Part shown: piece after piece, positions 61,593 through 64,000 of the stretch
Position numbering within the stretch: position 1 is the first letter of the stretch
Layout of the letters: the number at the start of each line of letters is the position of its first letter
Source: Neoconidiobolus thromboides FSU 785
Lineage: Eukaryota > Fungi > Entomophthoromycota
Assembly: GCA_025603075.1 (NCBI GenBank)
Contig: MU626335.1
Location: forward strand, 1-64,000
Direction of reading: 5' to 3'
Length of the DNA: 64,000 bases
Notes under the pieces: model-generated
What the model was told of the DNA's origin: nothing
The model's input: the letters and a program-made list of their open reading frames with translations, nothing else
Databases searched by the model: none
Program-made: the position numbers and the translations under genes

Positions 61593-62676
61593 ATGATAAA
61601 ATACAAGTTGTTTTTTACTTTTTTGGTTACGCGTGTTTTATATTATATTTATTCTAGAATAAAAAATAAGTCGGGATTAGCTGCAAGCATTTACTTTTCT
61701 TTTAAAATTGTAGATTCATTAACGGATAAGGAGTATTGCTTTTTTTCTTTGAAAATAAATGCTTAAGACAATATTTATATCAAATTAATGCTTATTAAGA
61801 AAGGCTTTGATTAAGAGTTGGACGTAAACTGGCAGGCTATAGGGAGTAGCTAGAGTAGATAAGCCAACGTACTCTTCAGTCAAAACTTATTTTAAATAGC
61901 TAAGCCAATTTAATTTAAAACTAAGAAAAAAGTTCATTCAAGGAGATCTGATTGAAAAATACATACATATAAGGATGAATCATCACATCGAAAGCCAGCC
62001 ACTAGCTTATAGAGTTATTTATAAATAAGTCAGATAACTGAGACATCAATTGATGATAGTAAAAATTTGAAAAAAAGGGAAGAGGTCATACATAAAAAGG
62101 AAGAATCAAATTCAATGTCTTGAGCATAACTTAAGATGGCAAGAGAAGCAGAGCACAGAGTTTAGTTAGATCCGAAATCCCAACCAGATAAAAATAATTT
62201 TAGACTCTAACTAGATTTTATTCTACACTTCTAATTTTCATTTGAATTTGCTATTTCACTTCATTTAGACTCATCCTGATTTTTAGTAAATTTTAATAGC
62301 TAAGTTAATTACTGTTTGGTTTTCCAATCATAAAATTGTTAAAGAAATGATATCAAAAGAGTGTAACGTCAGAAATGCGCTAAAATTAATTTTAATTATA
62401 CACTTCTAAAACAATTTCCTTTTTTATAGTTGCGCTAACTGCCCAGATAAAACATTCAATTATTTTTCTTGATTAGTTTTAATTTGGTGTATACCAATTT
62501 ATAACTAGATATTAAAATAAAATAAAAAATACCGATCATTTGAGTATAGTGTTAGATTGCGTTTACTGCTCATCTTTTAAATTGGTATGCAATTAACAAT
62601 AGCCATCCATTAAAGGAATATAAAAGAGCACCAATTGTTATCTATAATAAATAAATTCAATATTAAAAAACGTAAA

Positions 62677-62985
62677 ATGAAAGCATCTCTTGTCTATATA
62701 CCCTTTTTATTAGCTCTTAATTTAAGTATACCAATTGATGATAAGGGCTCTACAGATGGCCAATCGATTGAAAAAGTTAAAGGTGCTGTTTCGCCTCAAC
62801 TACAATCAATGAGTGGTTCTGGGAATCAAGTAGAACATAATGAGCAACGAAACCCTAGAGGTAGAAATTTATTTAGGCAGGCAAAAGCAATTCATGACTT
62901 TGGAAGTCTATCAAATCAAGACACGCAAAGCAATTTGAATGAAAGGAATGTAAATAATCTAAACCAAGAGGTAAGCCGATCCTGA
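62677..62985 (+). CDS. Array member g, secreted-type, possibly degenerate
   Basis: MKASLVYIPFLLALNLS|IPIDD start at 62677; TATA GAATATAAAAG at ~62616; SSGG/SSGD-like residues continue past the stop. Confidence 0.6.
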   Translation: MKASLVYIPFLLALNLSIPIDDKGSTDGQSIEKVKGAVSPQLQSMSGSGNQVEHNEQRNPRGRNLFRQAKAIHDFGSLSNQDTQSNLNERNVNNLNQEVSRS

Positions 62986-63660
62986 AAGTCAAGTGGGGGG
63001 AAATAGGCACAAATAATCAAGTGGTGATATGAAAATAAATTACTAGATTAATATTAGTAGTGGCAAGTTTTAAGAGCTTGATTTTGAAGATACAGCTTAT
63101 TTTTTGTTCTCCTTTTCCATCATCGCATTATATAATTATACGTTTAAATAAAAAATAGATTAAATTAAATTTTGATTTTATAAGGTTTATAAATTGCCCT
63201 TTTGCTAACTATTAGTTTTTATTGAGAGATAGGGAATAATACGATTATTTTACATCTTTCCTCATAAATCTTTAAGCATTTTAGAATACTAATGAGTCAA
63301 GGTAGTAAACAACTGCGTTACGAATTTGGCAAAATGTAAAAGAGTATGATTAAAAAGCATTAGTAGCTTTTTCAAAGGTAGCATGGAAATATCATATACT
63401 ATATATTTAAATGCCTATTTTTGTTTTGTTAGAAAAGTATTTTAATTTCATTTATCTATTATTTAGCTTTATTTCTATTTCCAAAAATTATTGATGCTTT
63501 TTAGTGTTACTATTTTATACCAACTATAATTTTTTGGTATTATTAGAATACAATTAAAGGCATATTATCATTTATTAATACCTTGATTTTTAACGAAAGT
63601 ATGTAAAAAAGGCACCTATATTATTACGTAGTTTTATTGTTGTATCAAAGTATTATAAAA

Positions 63661-63705
63661 ACATGGGGTATTTTTTTCGTTTCATCAATCTTTCCATTTT
63701 TTACT
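63661..63705 (-). mobile_element. MITE-like family 1, copy 27 (fragment)
   Basis: ACATGGGGTATTTTTTTCGTTTCATCAATCTTTCCATTTTTTA matches one end of the consensus. Confidence 0.55.
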
Positions 63706-64000
63706 CTCTACTTCATATCACTCTAGATTTATATCTATATTTATAGCAAATTAAAAAAATAAATTATAATTAATTTAGATATAAATAATTTATAAGCTAG
63801 TCTAGTTAAAACTAAAGGCTTTTGTAAAGGCAAAAAGACAAAAAACAAATATGACCTCACTTTTTACTCACATCTTGGTTTTATTGGGTTTTTTATACCT
63901 TCCCTTTTTTATACCCTCACTTTTTGATAACGTCCCAACTAAACTCCGACCTAGCTTATTTCTATACTTTTACAATATTATCAAGATACTTTTTACGAAA

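Noticed and set aside
61740-62220. GC-richer intergenic patch, possibly an element relic (similar patches at ~12480-12720, ~35030-35290, ~36660-36890)
   Set aside because: All frames are interrupted and I recognise no domain.
5741-63705. Palindromic repeats considered as a CRISPR-like array
   Set aside because: Eukaryotic context, dispersed in both orientations with irregular spacing, ~105 bp long, and no cas genes.

Overview
Very AT-rich eukaryotic DNA with short (~40-75 nt) GT-AG introns and fungal-type genes. An early-diverging fungus (Entomophthoromycotina-like) is my inference, not proven. Left half: 5'-truncated tyrosinase, two tandem secreted Gly/Ser-rich paralogs, a secreted S41 peptidase, a multi-exon fungal transcription-factor-domain gene, an intronless ABCB/MDR transporter and a spliced GST. 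Middle: tRNA-iMet, tRNA-Asp, a divergent pair of small paralogous homeobox genes, WRAP53/TCAB1, a TB2/DP1/HVA22-like gene, two decayed F-box/LRR genes, and members of a three-copy orphan ORF family. Right quarter (48.3-63 kb): a tandem birth-and-death array of at least 8 secreted low-complexity Gly/Tyr/Asn/Gln-rich proteins with a shared architecture and shared promoter motifs, about half pseudogenised by C:G->T:A changes. About 27 copies of a ~105-bp hairpin MITE-like element (ATATGGGGATG...CATCCCCATAT) and one copy of a second ~207-bp MITE are dispersed through intergenic DNA.
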